Positions 11,963 through 23,806 of a stretch of 64,000 nt of DNA are shown one piece after another. The stretch is from Gekko japonicus (Eukaryota), in assembly GCF_001447785.1 (NCBI RefSeq), contig NW_015164693.1, positions 103,614 through 167,613 of the forward strand, written 5' to 3'. The notes beneath the pieces were generated by a model that had not been told where the DNA came from, searched no databases, and worked only from the letters and a program-made list of their open reading frames with translations. Each line of letters opens with the position of its first letter. The first letter of the stretch is position 1. Both the position numbers and the translations under genes were made by a program.

Positions 11963-12910
11963 TAGGGTTGCCAGCTCTGGGCTGGGAAATTCTTGGGGAT
12001 TTGGGGATGGAGCCTACGGAGGGTGAGGTTCAGGGAGGAAAAGGACCTCAGCAGGGTATCAAACCAAAGACTCTGCCCTCTGAAGCAGCCATTTTCTGCA
12101 GGGCGACTGATCTCTGTACTCTGGAGATCAGTTGTGATTCCCAGAGATCTCCAGGACCCACCTAGAGGTTGGCAACCTTATCCCTGTGCCATGGCAAGCC
12201 CTGAATGGGTCTCCAGAGGCTTCCTTTCTCCCTCCCAAGTTGCAAGAGTGGAGTTCCTGGCAGCCTAGACTATTTGCCACTCCATGGCGAGGCCGTGGGC
12301 TCTGTGTCTTATCGGTGCTTTCATCAGTGGCATGGGTGGGAGGCTGGGGTCATGGCACAGCCTGGATCCGCAAGGAGTAGGGCCTTGCAAGTGTGAAACA
12401 GCTCTCGTTCTGTGCAGCAGGCAGTGGCTCAGCTAGGGTTGCCAGGTACCCCCTAGCCACCGGCAGAGGGTGGAGGGATAGGGTTGCCAGATCCAGGTTG
12501 GGCAATTCCTGGAGATTTGGGGCTGGAGCCTGGGGACGGGAGGGGCCTCAGTGGAGTGCAATGCCACAGAGTCTCCACCCTCCAAAGCATCCATTTTATT
12601 CAGGGGATCTGATCTCTGTAGTCTGGAAGGATATGAGCTGTAATTCCGGGGGATCCCCAGGTCCTACATGGAGGCTGGCATTCCTGTGTAGCCCTCAAGT
12701 GGCATTTATTTTAGGGTCCCTGGGGAATAGAGTCCCTGGGGGATAGAGTTGCCAGATTCAAGTTGGGAAACTCCTGGAGATTTGGGGACGGAGCCTGGGG
12801 AAGACAGGAACCTCAATGGGGTACAATGCCATAGAGTCCACCCTCCAAAGCTTCCCTTTTCCCCGTCTGGAAATGAGCTGTAATTCCGGGGGCTCCCTAG
12901 GTCTCACCCA
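11963..12910. mobile_element. Cluster of three TAGGGTTGCC-family MITEs directly upstream of the NUDC promoter
   Basis: Copies at about 11963-12180, 12433-12690 and 12744-12910 share GGGTTGCCAG...GGAGATTTGGGG...GATCTCTGTA...TAATTC motifs. Confidence 0.75.
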
Positions 12911-12959
12911 GAAGCACACGTCTCTCTTTCTCTCTCCTCATTATGCCAGGATTTCTTTT

Positions 12960-13276
12960 TTAAAAACCAGTGTTCTGGAAATTCCCGACATTCCTCGCCG
13001 TGGTAACCACGACAACCGACGCTGGAGGCGGGGCAGACCGGGCTTCAACGGCTCATTCCGATCTCCTTTTCCATCTCAATTGGAAGAGGGTGCTGCCAAT
13101 CGGTGACAGGAGACCCGTGATTGGCCAGACCCTTTTCCGGATGAGTCCGAGTTTCAGGTTCCGGGTCGTTACTGACAGTGCGTGTTAGCAACCAAGGGAG
13201 GTGGGTAGGCCGACGTGGTTGTTGATACAGTAAGGGAGGAGAGACGGGAGAAAAGCTACGCACAAAGCCTGCAGCG
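12960..13276 (+). promoter_or_regulatory. NUDC CpG-island promoter / 5'UTR
   Basis: CpG-rich and TATA-less. GC box near 13026, CCAAT near 13096 and inverted ATTGG near 13120, RFX-like GTTAGCAAC near 13185, partial heat-shock element TTCtgGAA at 12973-12980. Confidence 0.7.
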
Positions 13277-13372
13277 ATGGGGGCCAGCGGGGAAGATGCG
13301 GCTGACAGCGAGGAGCGCTTCGACGGAATGTTGCTTGCCATGGCCCAGCAGCACCAGGGCGGCGTGCGGGAG
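13277..13372 (+). CDS. NUDC: NUDC (nuclear distribution C, dynein complex regulator / Hsp90 co-chaperone) coding exon 1 of 9
   Basis: Encodes MGASGEDAADSEERFDGMLLAMAQQHQGGVRE, matching the recalled vertebrate NUDC N-terminus (EERFDGMLLAMAQQHEGGV). Start context GCGATGG in a CpG-rich region; donor GAG|GTAAGA, phase 0. The nine exons sum to 1035 nt = 344 aa + stop. Confidence 0.97.
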
Positions 13373-13407
13373 GTAAGATGGAGGCAGGAGGGGGACACCC
13401 CCCCCCC

Positions 13408-13505
13408 CCGTCTTCTTCCTTGTCCAGCCCGCCTCCTTTTCAGCTTATTCTAGAAGACCGTCTTCTTCCTTGTCCAGCCCGCCTCCTTTTCAGCTTATTC
13501 TAGAA
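13408..13505. repeat. Perfect 48-bp direct duplication (period 50) in NUDC intron 1
   Basis: CCGTCTTCTTCCTTGTCCAGCCCGCCTCCTTTTCAGCTTATTCTAGAA occurs at 13408-13455 and 13458-13505. Confidence 0.9.
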
Positions 13506-13979
13506 CCTACGGCTCTGGCTCAGCGACAGAGCACCTGCTTTGCAGGTGGAGTGTCCAAGGCATGATTCCTGGCATCGTCCGTTAAAAGGTGCTGTGAAGG
13601 ATCTCATCCAGAGATCCTGGAGTGCCACTGACGCTCTGGATGAAACAAGAGTCCTAAGAACACAAGGGTCTCTTTTATTTGACCTGTGGTTTCTTTAGTC
13701 CGGCGTCTTGTCTCAGACAGCAGCCAATTAATTGCCTTGGAGGGCCGAACAAATGGGACATAGATGCTGAGGTCCTCTCCTGTTGCAGTGCTGCCTCGTG
13801 ACCGTGGTATTCAGAGGTGTGCTGCCTCTGGATATGAAGGCTTCCTTCAGTCATCAGGGGTACCAACAATTGATGGATCTATTCTCCATGAATTAATCTA
13901 GAATCAAAGAAGGGGAAGGGGCCATATAGGTCATCTAGACCAGTGACTCAGTGCAGTATACTGTATCTGCCTAAAGCAT

Positions 13980-15055
13980 CCTTGACAAATGATTCTCTTT
14001 TAAAGCTATCTGTGATTATGGTTATCACTAATCCTTGTTGAGTTCAATTACTTGCTGAGTAAAGAAGTATTTCCTTTTGTCTGTCCTGAGCCTTTTCCTC
14101 AGCAACTTCAGTGGGTACACATGACTTCTAGTGTTATGGGAGAGAGAGAAAAAGCTCTCTATTCACTTTTCCCATCCATGCATAATCTAATAAACAATGT
14201 CTCCCCTTAATGCCTCCCCCCCCCCCCCCAACCCCAAATCCCCCAATCCAGCTTTTCCTCATGGGAAAAGTGCTTCAACTCCCTAATCATTTTAGTTGCT
14301 CTCCTTTGTACTTATCTTAGCTTTTTTGGGATACAGTGATCAGAATAGCACGCAGTATGTCAACTGAGGCTGCAACATAGGTTTATACAAGGGCATTACA
14401 ATATTGGCTGTTTTAGTTTCAGTTCCTTTCCTAATAGTTCCTAGCATGGAGTTTGCCTTTTTTTTTTACCACCACTGCGCTCTGAGTTGACAGGTTCATC
14501 AAGCTTTCTGCTACAACTCCAAGATATCTTTCAGTCTCAGTGTATATTTAAAATCAGGGGGGTTTTTTTGTTCCAGTATATATCATCTTACACATAACCA
14601 TATTGAACTTCTTTTGCCATGTTGTTGCTTGCTCATCCGGTCTAGAAAGATCCTAATGTAACTTTTCATAATCTGCTATGGTTTTCACCATCCTGAATAA
14701 TTTTGTTTCATCTGCAAACTTGCCTACTACATTGGTCAACCTCAATTCCAAATCACTTATAAAAAACTAAATAGCACTAGCCCTAAACTGATCTTTGTGG
14801 GACTCCCCACTGCTTATTTCCCTCCATTGTGAGAACTGCCATTTTATTCCTGCTCTCTGGTGCCTGTCATTTAACTGACTTCAAATCCATAAGACCTGTC
14901 CTATTATCCAATTATCACTATGCTTACTCAGGAGTCTTTGGTGAGGTACCTTTGTTAAAAGACTTTTGGGAGTCCAAGTATACGATGTCTCCCTTATCCA
15001 CATCTTTGTTAACCTGTCCAAGCTACAAAAGGTTGGTGAGGCAGGAATTCCCTTT
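13980..15055 (-). mobile_element. Decayed CR1 LINE, RT 3' portion
   Basis: The reverse strand contains KFADE (tcatctgcaaactt near 14708) and typical CR1 RT 3' sequence. Confidence 0.65.
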
Positions 15056-15959
15056 GTTTAGCGATACAAAGTGGAAATCCATCAATCCGCTAGTCAATTA
15101 TGTACTGATGCAGCTGGAATAATACTGTGGTGTACTAGAAGTTCCATTGGTCATGCTTCATGTGCCATTCTCGATCTCTGGCATTGCTAGACAAAGTATC
15201 ATGTGGAGAGGGTGCTGAGGGGGAGAACGCTCTCTGCCCAAGACCCTGGAGGGACACTGCCATGTAGAGAAGGCAGTACTGAGTTAGATGAACTAGTGGT
15301 CTACTTTTTTTTAAGGCAGCTTCATATATTTTCTCCATGTTATTGCAGGATCTCTTTTTTTCTACCTTTAGTAAAGGAGCAGTATATGTCTCTCCATCAT
15401 CCAGTCCTGTTGTATAAGGGTTTGAAGCTGACTGAAGACTCAGAGCACTTTCCCATGTAGGCCATTTTGTCTACCTGGCTGGCAGTGGCAGTCTTGAACA
15501 CAGAGGAGTTTTTCTCTAACTCTTGCAATCTCTAACTGGAGATGCAGAAATTGATCTTGGGACCATCTGCATGTGTGCATGCAAACAAGAACATAAGACC
15601 TCTGCTGGATCAGACTAGTGGCTCCATCTAGTCTAGCATCTGGTTTCATATTGCAGCCAACCAGTTGCTCTGAAGGGCCAACAGACAAGGCACAGAGGCC
15701 AAGGCTTTCACCTGGTGTTGCTTCCTAGCACTAGGTTTCAGAGGTTTACTGCCTCTGAATATGGCGGTTCCCTTTACTCACTATGTCTAGTAGCCATTGA
15801 TGGACCCCTGCTGCATGAATCATGAAACCTTATGAATGACAATAATTGAGTTGTGGCCCACTGAAAGGGATCACCCTCCTCCTCAAAGGAAGGTATTTGA
15901 CTGGGTTGTGTTCATGTGTGCTCAGTATAACAGTAGCTACAGTTTCTTGCCTTTTGGGT

Positions 15960-16795
15960 GCATTTGATCTTTGGCATGGGGATTGATATGGATCTGACCT
16001 CTGTTGATAGGGTGCCATGGTCAGATCACTTTGCCCTGAAGGCCCAGCTGAGCATTCCACCTCTGCCCTGTCTAAGTGGCAAGCGGATTTATGCTCGCCC
16101 ATGGAGTCTAATGGATCCAGTTGGTTTCCAGAATGCTCTGCGGGATCCAATAGCTCCCGGCAGCTCATTAGATGAGCTGATAGAGGACTGGAATTACCCA
16201 TCTTTCTGAAGCCATCGATGAGATCACTCCCTGATGACCTCTTTGCTCCTGCCCCAAATTAGCCCCATGGTATACCATGGAGCTTAGAGGAATGAAGCAG
16301 GAGCTTAGATGGCTAGAGCACATTTGGCAGCAATCTCATGATGAAAACTTATGAGTTGGTGGTGAAGGCTGCTAAAAGGGATTTTTTTACAGCCTCCATC
16401 GCATGCGCTAGCTCTCACCTGGCACAATTGTTTAAGACAATTCAATCTAACTTCTCCCACTGAGAGAACTCAAAATACTAGTAAATTGGCTATTAGCTGT
16501 GAGGCCTTTGTGAGCTTTTTTGCAGATAATGTCTTGTCACTCTGCCACGACCTGCCTGCCAATACTATGCGAACACTATGCGAACCAGAGGCACCTTGGC
16601 TGCCTTTGGATTCAGTGCTTGACAACTTCAGCCATCTCTCCCAGGCCGACGTTGACAGGATCCTGGGCGCTGTTAGGATGACCACTTGTTTCTTGGACCT
16701 GTGCCCATTGTGGCTGATGAAAGCCAGTGGTGATGGAGTACGGGGCCCCTGGGGGACATTATCAGTCTGTCCCTTAGTTCAGGGGTCTATCAGGG
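15960..16795 (+). mobile_element. Decayed L2 LINE ORF2 fragment
   Basis: WSDHF (endonuclease end), APWYT and TTCFLDLCPLWL motifs typical of L2; broken by frameshifts and stops. Confidence 0.75.
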
Positions 16796-17324
16796 GGATA
16801 AGAACCTCCTGACGATCCCTTGCCCAAAGGATATTCTGGTGTAATATAGTGAAAAACAAGATGATGGAAACAGAGAGGAATGCTCTCTATTGCTCTCCTG
16901 CTGCTCCACTGAGCAACCACACAAGAGGCCATGAGGCATGGAGCCCTCTCTGTGGGCAAACTAGCAGCAAGTCCTCCCACAAAGCACCACAGGAGGCGAT
17001 GCTCTGTGATCTATTTAAGACTTCCAACCCATGGCTCATGTAGCATGGTATCCTCTCTCTAGGAGATGCTGCAACAGCCACTCTTGAGTGGCATACAGAA
17101 ATGTCCAAATGTATGGCATCTAAATACTGTCCACAGAAGTTCTGTGAAAAATTTTAAATGGAAACTTCATAAATGCAGTTCTGTGCAATGTAGTAATTAC
17201 CTGTTTAAATAACAGGACAGGCCTAAGGTTTCTCATAGGACTATCACTAGGAATTTTTGGGGTGCTGATTTTATGACCTAGAGGGAAATTCCATTTGTTT
17301 CTTCAATAACTCACTGTGACTAGC

Positions 17325-17735
17325 TTTCCACTGCTTAAAGGAATCCTTTTTACCTTTTACAGCTTCCATTATTTTGTTTGTTAACCATGCAGGCTTTTTC
17401 CTATACCTGTTTGTGCCTTTCCTAACTTGTGAAATATATATATTTTTTTTGAGCTTCTAGGATCGTAGTTTTAAATAGTTTCCAAGCTTCCCCAATGGTT
17501 TTGACCCTTTCTACGTTTCCTTTCAGTTTCCTCCCCACATGTCCCCTCATATCAGAGAAATTACCCCTTTTAAAGTTAAAAGTGGTTGTGTGAGTCTTTT
17601 TGGCCAATTCCCTATTTATACAAATGTTGAACTCAACAACATAATGATCACTGTTCCCAAGTGGTGCAATCACTTTTACATCTCTCACCAGGTCTTGAGT
17701 GTTACTTAGGACCAAATCGAGGATCGCCTCTCCCC
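17325..17735 (-). mobile_element. CR1 LINE ORF2 fragment
   Basis: PLGNSDHYVVEF...FNFKRGNF...EAWKLFKTTILEAQKKYI is the CR1 endonuclease/tether region. Confidence 0.8.
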
Positions 17736-18354
17736 ATTATTAGTTGAGATGGTTGCAGAAATATAACCACTGATTTGTTTCCTTCATTTATACCCCACCT
17801 TTCCCCACAGATGGGGACCCAAAGTGGCTTCATCATTTTCTTCATCTCCATTTTATCTTCACAAAAATCCTGTGATGTAGGTTAGGTTGAGTGTTTGTGA
17901 CTGGCCCAAGGTCACCAGATAAGTTTCCATAGCAAATTGGGTTCCCAACCTGGATCTCCCATCGTAGTCTGATGCTCTAATTACTACACTACACTGTTAG
18001 AGATGTCCTTGTACCTGTAAGCAGTCATGAGTGGGATCATCCAATTTTCTTCTGGAACATTTGATTTAGAGATAAAGTTCTGGGGTAAAAGTATCATTAC
18101 TCTAGTGAATATGACAGTTTTGATGTCAACACCCTGTTTGCCTTTTTGGACTTCTGATGCTTGCTTGTTTTTGGGATATGTCCCAAACTAAAGCTGCAAA
18201 GAAGAGAGGCTAGCAGAAGATTCTGATACAGATGAGTGGGTGGGAGTGTTTGTGAATTAGATTGGACTGTTGAAGAGGAATCAGTGCGTAGTTGGTGTAG
18301 CCTGAAACAAGTATCTCTGACCTCTTAAGAACACCTTGTCTCTCTTCCTTGCAG

Positions 18355-18432
18355 CTTGTGAACACCTTCTTCAGCTTCTTGAGACGCAAAACTGATTTCT
18401 TCATTGGAGGAGAAGATGGTGCTGCAGAGAAG
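18355..18432 (+). CDS. NUDC: NUDC coding exon 2
   Basis: Acceptor ctcttccttgcag|. Encodes [26 protein letters not shown]. Donor AAG|GTATTG, phase 0. Confidence 0.97.
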
Positions 18433-19823
18433 GTATTGGATTTGTTAGCGCTTGTCCCGTGGAGAGACAATTATCTTGCTGCAGCAGGGGGAGCTGTTTC
18501 ACACAGTGTCATTTTTATGTCTCACATATAGCCTTTAGTTTCCCTTGGCTGCTATAGAGGAATGGCATCATGTCCTGTTCCTGAAAGCACTAGAGACCAA
18601 ACTTAGCAGTGTCTGGCCATGTTTATTTCTCTGACACCTAATTGCTTTGACCAAAGACTACTTTGGCTTGCCAGATGTACTGATTTCACTGAGACAGGCA
18701 AGTGGGGATCAATAGTTCTCAGCTTGCTTTGTTCGTTCACTCCTGGAAAAGCACTAAGTCCATTTCTACAGCTGTAACATTGTCCCTGAGTAACAAAATT
18801 TGGTCAGACACAAAAATTGTTGGTGGAGGCTGATGCCAATAGGAGGGCGTGTTCATGTTTAGACTTTTAAGTTCTTATTAATCTGACAGTGGATTAAGCA
18901 GGTCTAAGAAATCCACATTTTCTGTAAAATTTCAGGGACAGTCTTTCTGTATAATGGGTAACATCTTTCCTTTTCTCTTATTTTTTTACGTCTGAGGCAG
19001 CAAACACAGTCATGTTGCTTTTTCTGTGGTAGGCACACATTGCAAACATGTCACTGTCCAAAGGACGCATGAGATCACAGGTTACCAAATTCCAGGCTTC
19101 TGTTCATGGCTCTTAACTGAAGGTCACCCAGAAGTGAGAACCCTTGAAATACAGAAAGTTATGGGGACAAGTGACTGCATGAACTCTTTCAGCAAACATG
19201 CTAGAGTCCGAGCCCTCAGTCCCCTTGTTCTGAAATGCAGACAAAGGTAGCAATGTTCATTCTGGTTCGTGGAAAAGGGACACATTTATTCATTTATAGA
19301 TATGTAAACCCTGTTTTTCTCTCCTCTGGGGACCCAAAGTAGCTTACAACATTGTCCTCCTGTTTTCCATTTTATCCTCCCAATGGCCACCCCGTGAGAT
19401 AGACTAGGTTATAGAGTCATTGGCCCAGAGCCCCCTGGTGAGCTTCCATGGCAGAGTAGGGATTCGTACTTGATGTCCCAGATCTTAGTCCGACACTAAC
19501 CCAAGGTTTTTTAAAAATATATATTTCCAGGGTTTGTGTGCCTCTGCATCCTGGTTGTGGGCAAAAAATTCACACAGTATAGACACTTGAATGTGCATCT
19601 TTGACTTTGCATAGTGGTTTTTGTGCTTATCCAATTATGGATAATATCTTGTGAGGTGCTGGAACTTGGAATCAAAATGTTCTTGCCAATTATGAATCCC
19701 AACCCCCCCACACACTCCTGAAATGCATCAAATCTTGGGGTAAAAGATGATATAGATTCCATGGCAGAATCTGCCTTCAGTAGCTGCTGCTGTTTAGGTG
19801 CCAGAGAAAGGTAAAGCCTAGAG

Positions 19824-20087
19824 CAGTGGTGGCGAACCATCGCCCCAGCCAGGCCCAGACCATCATTAAAGTGTTGAATTCTCTGCCAAATAATTTTAAG
19901 TAAGTGAAAGCATTTGGGATTGCTTTCCTTACTTTGTTTGGATTATCTTAAATTAATGTATGAGTTGTTTTTTCTAAAGTAAAACCTCAGCATTCAGGTT
20001 AAATTGCCGTGTTGGCACTTTGCGATAAATAAGTGGGTTTTGGGTCGCAGTTTGGGCACTCGGTCTCTAAAAGGTTCGCCATCACTG
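19824..20087. mobile_element. Non-autonomous hAT, hAT1 (Myotis_hAT1)-like
   Basis: TIRs CAGTGGTGGCGAACC...GGTTCGCCATCACTG; 8-bp TSD GCCTAGAG/GCCTAGAT. The family name is from recall. Confidence 0.8.
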
Positions 20088-20211
20088 GCCTAGATGCTGT
20101 TTAGGTAGCAGAGGAAGGTACCTAGAGAATACTAGAATCTTAAAGAGAACTGTTATGGTTGAAAAGCTGTATACAAATATTACAAGTTCACTGGGTTGTT
20201 TCTGTCCCCAG

Positions 20212-20421
20212 TTAATCACAGAGACATTCAACCACCACAACAAGCTGGCTCAGAAAGCACATAAAGAGAAGGCAGCCCGCCAAGAGGCAGAGCGGAGAGA
20301 GAAAGCAGAGCAGGCTGCTAAACTCACCAAAGAAGCGAAGCGGGCAGAAAGTGATGCTGAGCCAAGGATTAAGGAGCTCACTGATGAGGAAGCAGAAAGG
20401 TTGCAACTGGAAATTGATCAG
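20212..20421 (+). CDS. NUDC: NUDC coding exon 3 (coiled coil)
   Basis: Acceptor tctgtccccag|. Encodes [15 protein letters not shown]...[18 protein letters not shown] (70 codons). Donor CAG|GTAGAA. Confidence 0.97.
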
Positions 20422-20639
20422 GTAGAAATCCAGTACCAGGGTGGTGTGTTTGTGCTCGTTGTAATGGGAAAATGAAGGTATTTGTTTGTGACTAATTTGG
20501 ATTTATTCAGTAATGGGAGATATATGGTTTGATGAATCTGCTTCTCAAGAGTGTTTATGTTTATAAAATAGGTAGTTCCAGCTGCCACCAGGAATTTTAT
20601 TTAAATTCCAAATCCCCTTTCTGCTTCTGGTTTTGGTAT

Positions 20640-21195
20640 TGTGACCCAGGGTCTTGGCTTTCGAGGATCTATGTGGTCCTGAGGAATAATGGATCAGGCT
20701 TCTGGGATAAACTTAACTAAAAAGGATTTATTGAAAGAACAAATTAAGAAGTTGTTTAAATTGTAACTGTTTAGGAAATAGGTATTTGTAAGTATGTATG
20801 TCAACTGTATCACACAGGCTATTCTCTTTGTAACTCTCTCTTTAAGAACTGTAGTTTCACTTTACAGATGTATACTGCTTTCTCTCTCTCTGATACCACA
20901 GAGCACCGACTTCACATAGCACTGATTCCACACAGAACTTTCAGCTCGCTCGCTCTCTGACTCCACACAGCACTGTCAGAGCTCTCACTGACTGAAATCC
21001 AACTAGACTATATCAACAGCTTTTTTCTCCAACTGTCATTATTCCAACTGTCATTCTCCAATCTCTCACTGACACACCCACACAGATCCACACAGAATAA
21101 CTCCTCCCACACTCTGCCATCCACCAATCACGGCACACTAGTTACTATCAAATATTTAAAGGGACACACACACACTCAAACAAGGAATCATCACA
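20640..21195 (-). mobile_element. Probable LTR (reverse orientation)
   Basis: TGTGA...TCACA ends, reverse AATAAA near 20728, reverse TATA/CCAAT region near 21120-21160. No clean TSD. Confidence 0.45.
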
Positions 21196-21211
21196 CACAC
21201 CCCTTCAGGAA

Positions 21212-21730
21212 TGTCAGGGGAGGACCGCGTAGACAGCACCTGCAGGTGCAGAGATGAAGCTTGGGAATCAGAAGCAAAAAACAAAAGAGCTCAAGCGGGG
21301 TAAACAATAACAGTGCAAAGCTATGTACATCAGAGAACCACAGTTACAATTACATGATCAATAGTCAGGCTAAGGTCCGATCCTGACATGCTGCCCCCCC
21401 CCCCAAATGATCTAATCCCCTCCAGGCTTATCGGGGTATAAACAATGAAATTTGCAGACCAAACTAGTGGCATTTACATGATGTGAACCAACCCATTCAT
21501 TTTCCTTGGGCCCAGAGTCCTTCCACTGGACCAAATACTGTAACCGGCCATGACGTATACGAGAGTCCAGGATGGCTTTAACCACATGGTGGAGTTCCCC
21601 ATGTCTCCGAATCCGAAGAGGAGCAAGCGGCTTGTTCGTCCAAGGAGACGCTCGTGGGTCTTTCTTTAATAATCGAAAGTGAAATACAGGATGTAGAGAA
21701 TGTAGAGATTTAGGTAAATCTAGCTCTTGA
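21212..21730 (-). mobile_element. 3' end of a chromodomain-bearing Gypsy (chromovirus) element: integrase C-terminus, PPT and short LTR
   Basis: The minus strand encodes LDLPKSLHSLHPVFH.RLLK (GPY/F region) and the chromodomain VKAILDSRIRHGRLQYLVQWKDSGPKENEWV...FHCLYPDKP. G11 PPT at 21394-21404; LTR TGTCAGG...CCTGACA at 21212-21388. Confidence 0.85.
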
Positions 21731-22300
21731 CACTGAATGCCCAAGGCCGGGGCACTCGCCCAGAGCCTCTTTCTAGATCTTGTTGTATTTATTTGGACAA
21801 TGGGCCTTATTCCTAGTAAATATATAATATGTGAATAAATACACCAGAGAAAAAAGAATGGTGCATATAGCAGGCACAGAAAACTGAAGTCAAGCTTATA
21901 GGCTTGACTGCTCTGATATTCTGCAGTAAGCTGTTTGTGCATAACAGGCCATTGTCTGAAAGTAGCTCATTTGCTTTGATACTATCTCTGTACTTTAATC
22001 TGACAAGCATGCTGGTACTTTCCAGATGCAGTATGTAAAAGTCTGAAAACTCCCCACCTTATGTGGCTGATTCATTCCTAGCTTCCTCCTTCCTTGAGTT
22101 TAACATGGCAAGAATGATGGCCCATAGGGTTGGACACTTTGCCAGACTTTACCCACGAGCTGAGGTCCAGAGAAGGCGCCTTTCCCAGACACTCACCCCA
22201 ATCTTATCGGGTGGGCTCGGGAACGCATTTGATCCAACGTGCGCTCGCCACTTCTGGGTGGCGTTGGGCCCCACCCTGGCATGTCTGCATTACCTGGAAG

Positions 22301-22506
22301 CAGTGTTCCCTCTAAGCTGAGTTAATGTGAGCTAGCTCACAATTTTTTAGCCTCCGGCTCATACGTTTTTGTTTTAGCTCAGGAAGGATGGCTCCAGAGC
22401 CAACTAATTTATGCAGTGGCCAAATCGCTCACTCACAACTTTAATGCCAGTAGCTCACAAAGTAGAATTTTTGCTCACAAGACTCCACAGCTTAGCGGGA
22501 ACATTG
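22301..22506. mobile_element. hAT MITE (CAGTGTTCCCTCTAAG family)
   Basis: TIRs CAGTGTTCCCTCTAAG...CTTAGCGGGAACATTG; TSD CCTGGAAG/CTTGGAAG. Confidence 0.85.
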
Positions 22507-22574
22507 CTTGGAAGTGACACAAGCACATCACTGATGCACTTGTGTCACTTCTGGAAAACGCAGGCATGTGGGGG

Positions 22575-22780
22575 CAGTGTTCCCTCTAAGCTGAGTTAGT
22601 GTGAGCTAGCTCACAGTTTGTTATCCTCCGGCTCACACATTTTTGCCTTCGCTCAGAAAGGACAGCTCCAGAGCAAACTAATTCATGCAGTGTCCAAATC
22701 GCCCGCTCACAACTTTATTGCCAGTAGCTCACGAAGTAGAATTTTCGCTCACAAGACTCCACAGCTTAGAGGGAACATTG
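22575..22780. mobile_element. hAT MITE (CAGTGTTCCCTCTAAG family), second copy
   Basis: Same 206-bp length and TIRs; G-rich TSD. Confidence 0.85.
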
Positions 22781-23075
22781 GTGGGGGGTGGGGCCTGACG
22801 CTATCCAGAAGTGGTGTGCACACGTTGCTTCCGGGTAATGCGGGCATGGTGGAGTGGGGCCTGATACCACCTGAACCAGTTCTGTTCGGGCAAGGGTTTG
22901 GGCTCGGGTTCAGTCTGGGGTTCAGTCCGTGGCTGCCTGGCTCGTAAGCTCTGTACCAAACCAGGATTTCCCAGTCTATGCCCATTCCTATTAGTAAATA
23001 ACACTTAAACACATGTTTATGAATCTCAGCTAAAACTGTGAATGCGTGGGGGCGGGGGGTAATCTTTCTAAACAG

Positions 23076-23162
23076 AAAAAAGAGAAGAAAGAAAATGAGT
23101 CCAAAGATGTCCCTGAAAAATCATCTGTGCATTCAATGGAATCTTCAGAGTCCAACAAACTG
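23076..23162 (+). CDS. NUDC: NUDC coding exon 4 (variable linker)
   Basis: Acceptor ctttctaaacag|. Encodes KKEKKENESKDVPEKSSVHSMESSESNKL. Donor CTG|GTAATG, phase 0-0. Begins with KK like the mammalian exon; otherwise poorly conserved. Confidence 0.85.
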
Positions 23163-23692
23163 GTAATGTGTTCTCCGAGGTTTGTGCAATTGTGAGTGGA
23201 TGTTTTCTGTGTTTGATGGGTGTGTATGTGTGGGGACACACAGTAGACTAACTAGAACTCTTGCAATAAAGACATTAATACGGCTGGGCACCAGAGGACT
23301 TCCTGTGCTAAAGAGCCCATGTAACACTGTTCTGAGATCTGAGAACTCAGAAACTGGTATCTTCAGCAGAATTCTATATCAAGGACAAGGCGAATGCAGA
23401 AGCACCAAGTTTTCAAACAACACAGCAGGCAGGAGTCCCATGTGAATTTAGTAAAGTGTGTTTAAAAGATGGGTGTAGCAATGGTGTGGTACAACTAAGG
23501 TCTGGGAGAGCTGGATTCAAATCCCCACTCTGTGAACATACCTCAAAGGGTTGCTGCAAGCATTTTTTAAAAAGGAGGGGAAGACCTATGTAGCCATTTT
23601 GAGCCCCTTGAAAGAAAGGTGGGATAAAGATGTAATCATCATTATCATCGAAGGCTTGGAAGTATTTTTGATTATGCTTTGTGTCTGATTAG

Positions 23693-23806
23693 GAGGCAGA
23701 TGAAGAGGAGGAAGATGAGAAGGACAAAGGCAAGCTGAAGCCAAACTCTGGCAATGGGGCAGACCTTCCAAACTACAGGTGGACACAAACCCTCTCTGAA
23801 GTGGAT
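23693..23806 (+). CDS. NUDC: NUDC coding exon 5
   Basis: Acceptor gtctgattag|. Encodes [38 protein letters not shown]. Donor GAT|GTAAGT. Confidence 0.96.

Noticed and set aside
21412-21942. Chromodomain ORF as a host CBX/HP1-type gene
   Set aside because: It is preceded by the Gypsy integrase HPVFH motif and followed by a PPT and LTR.
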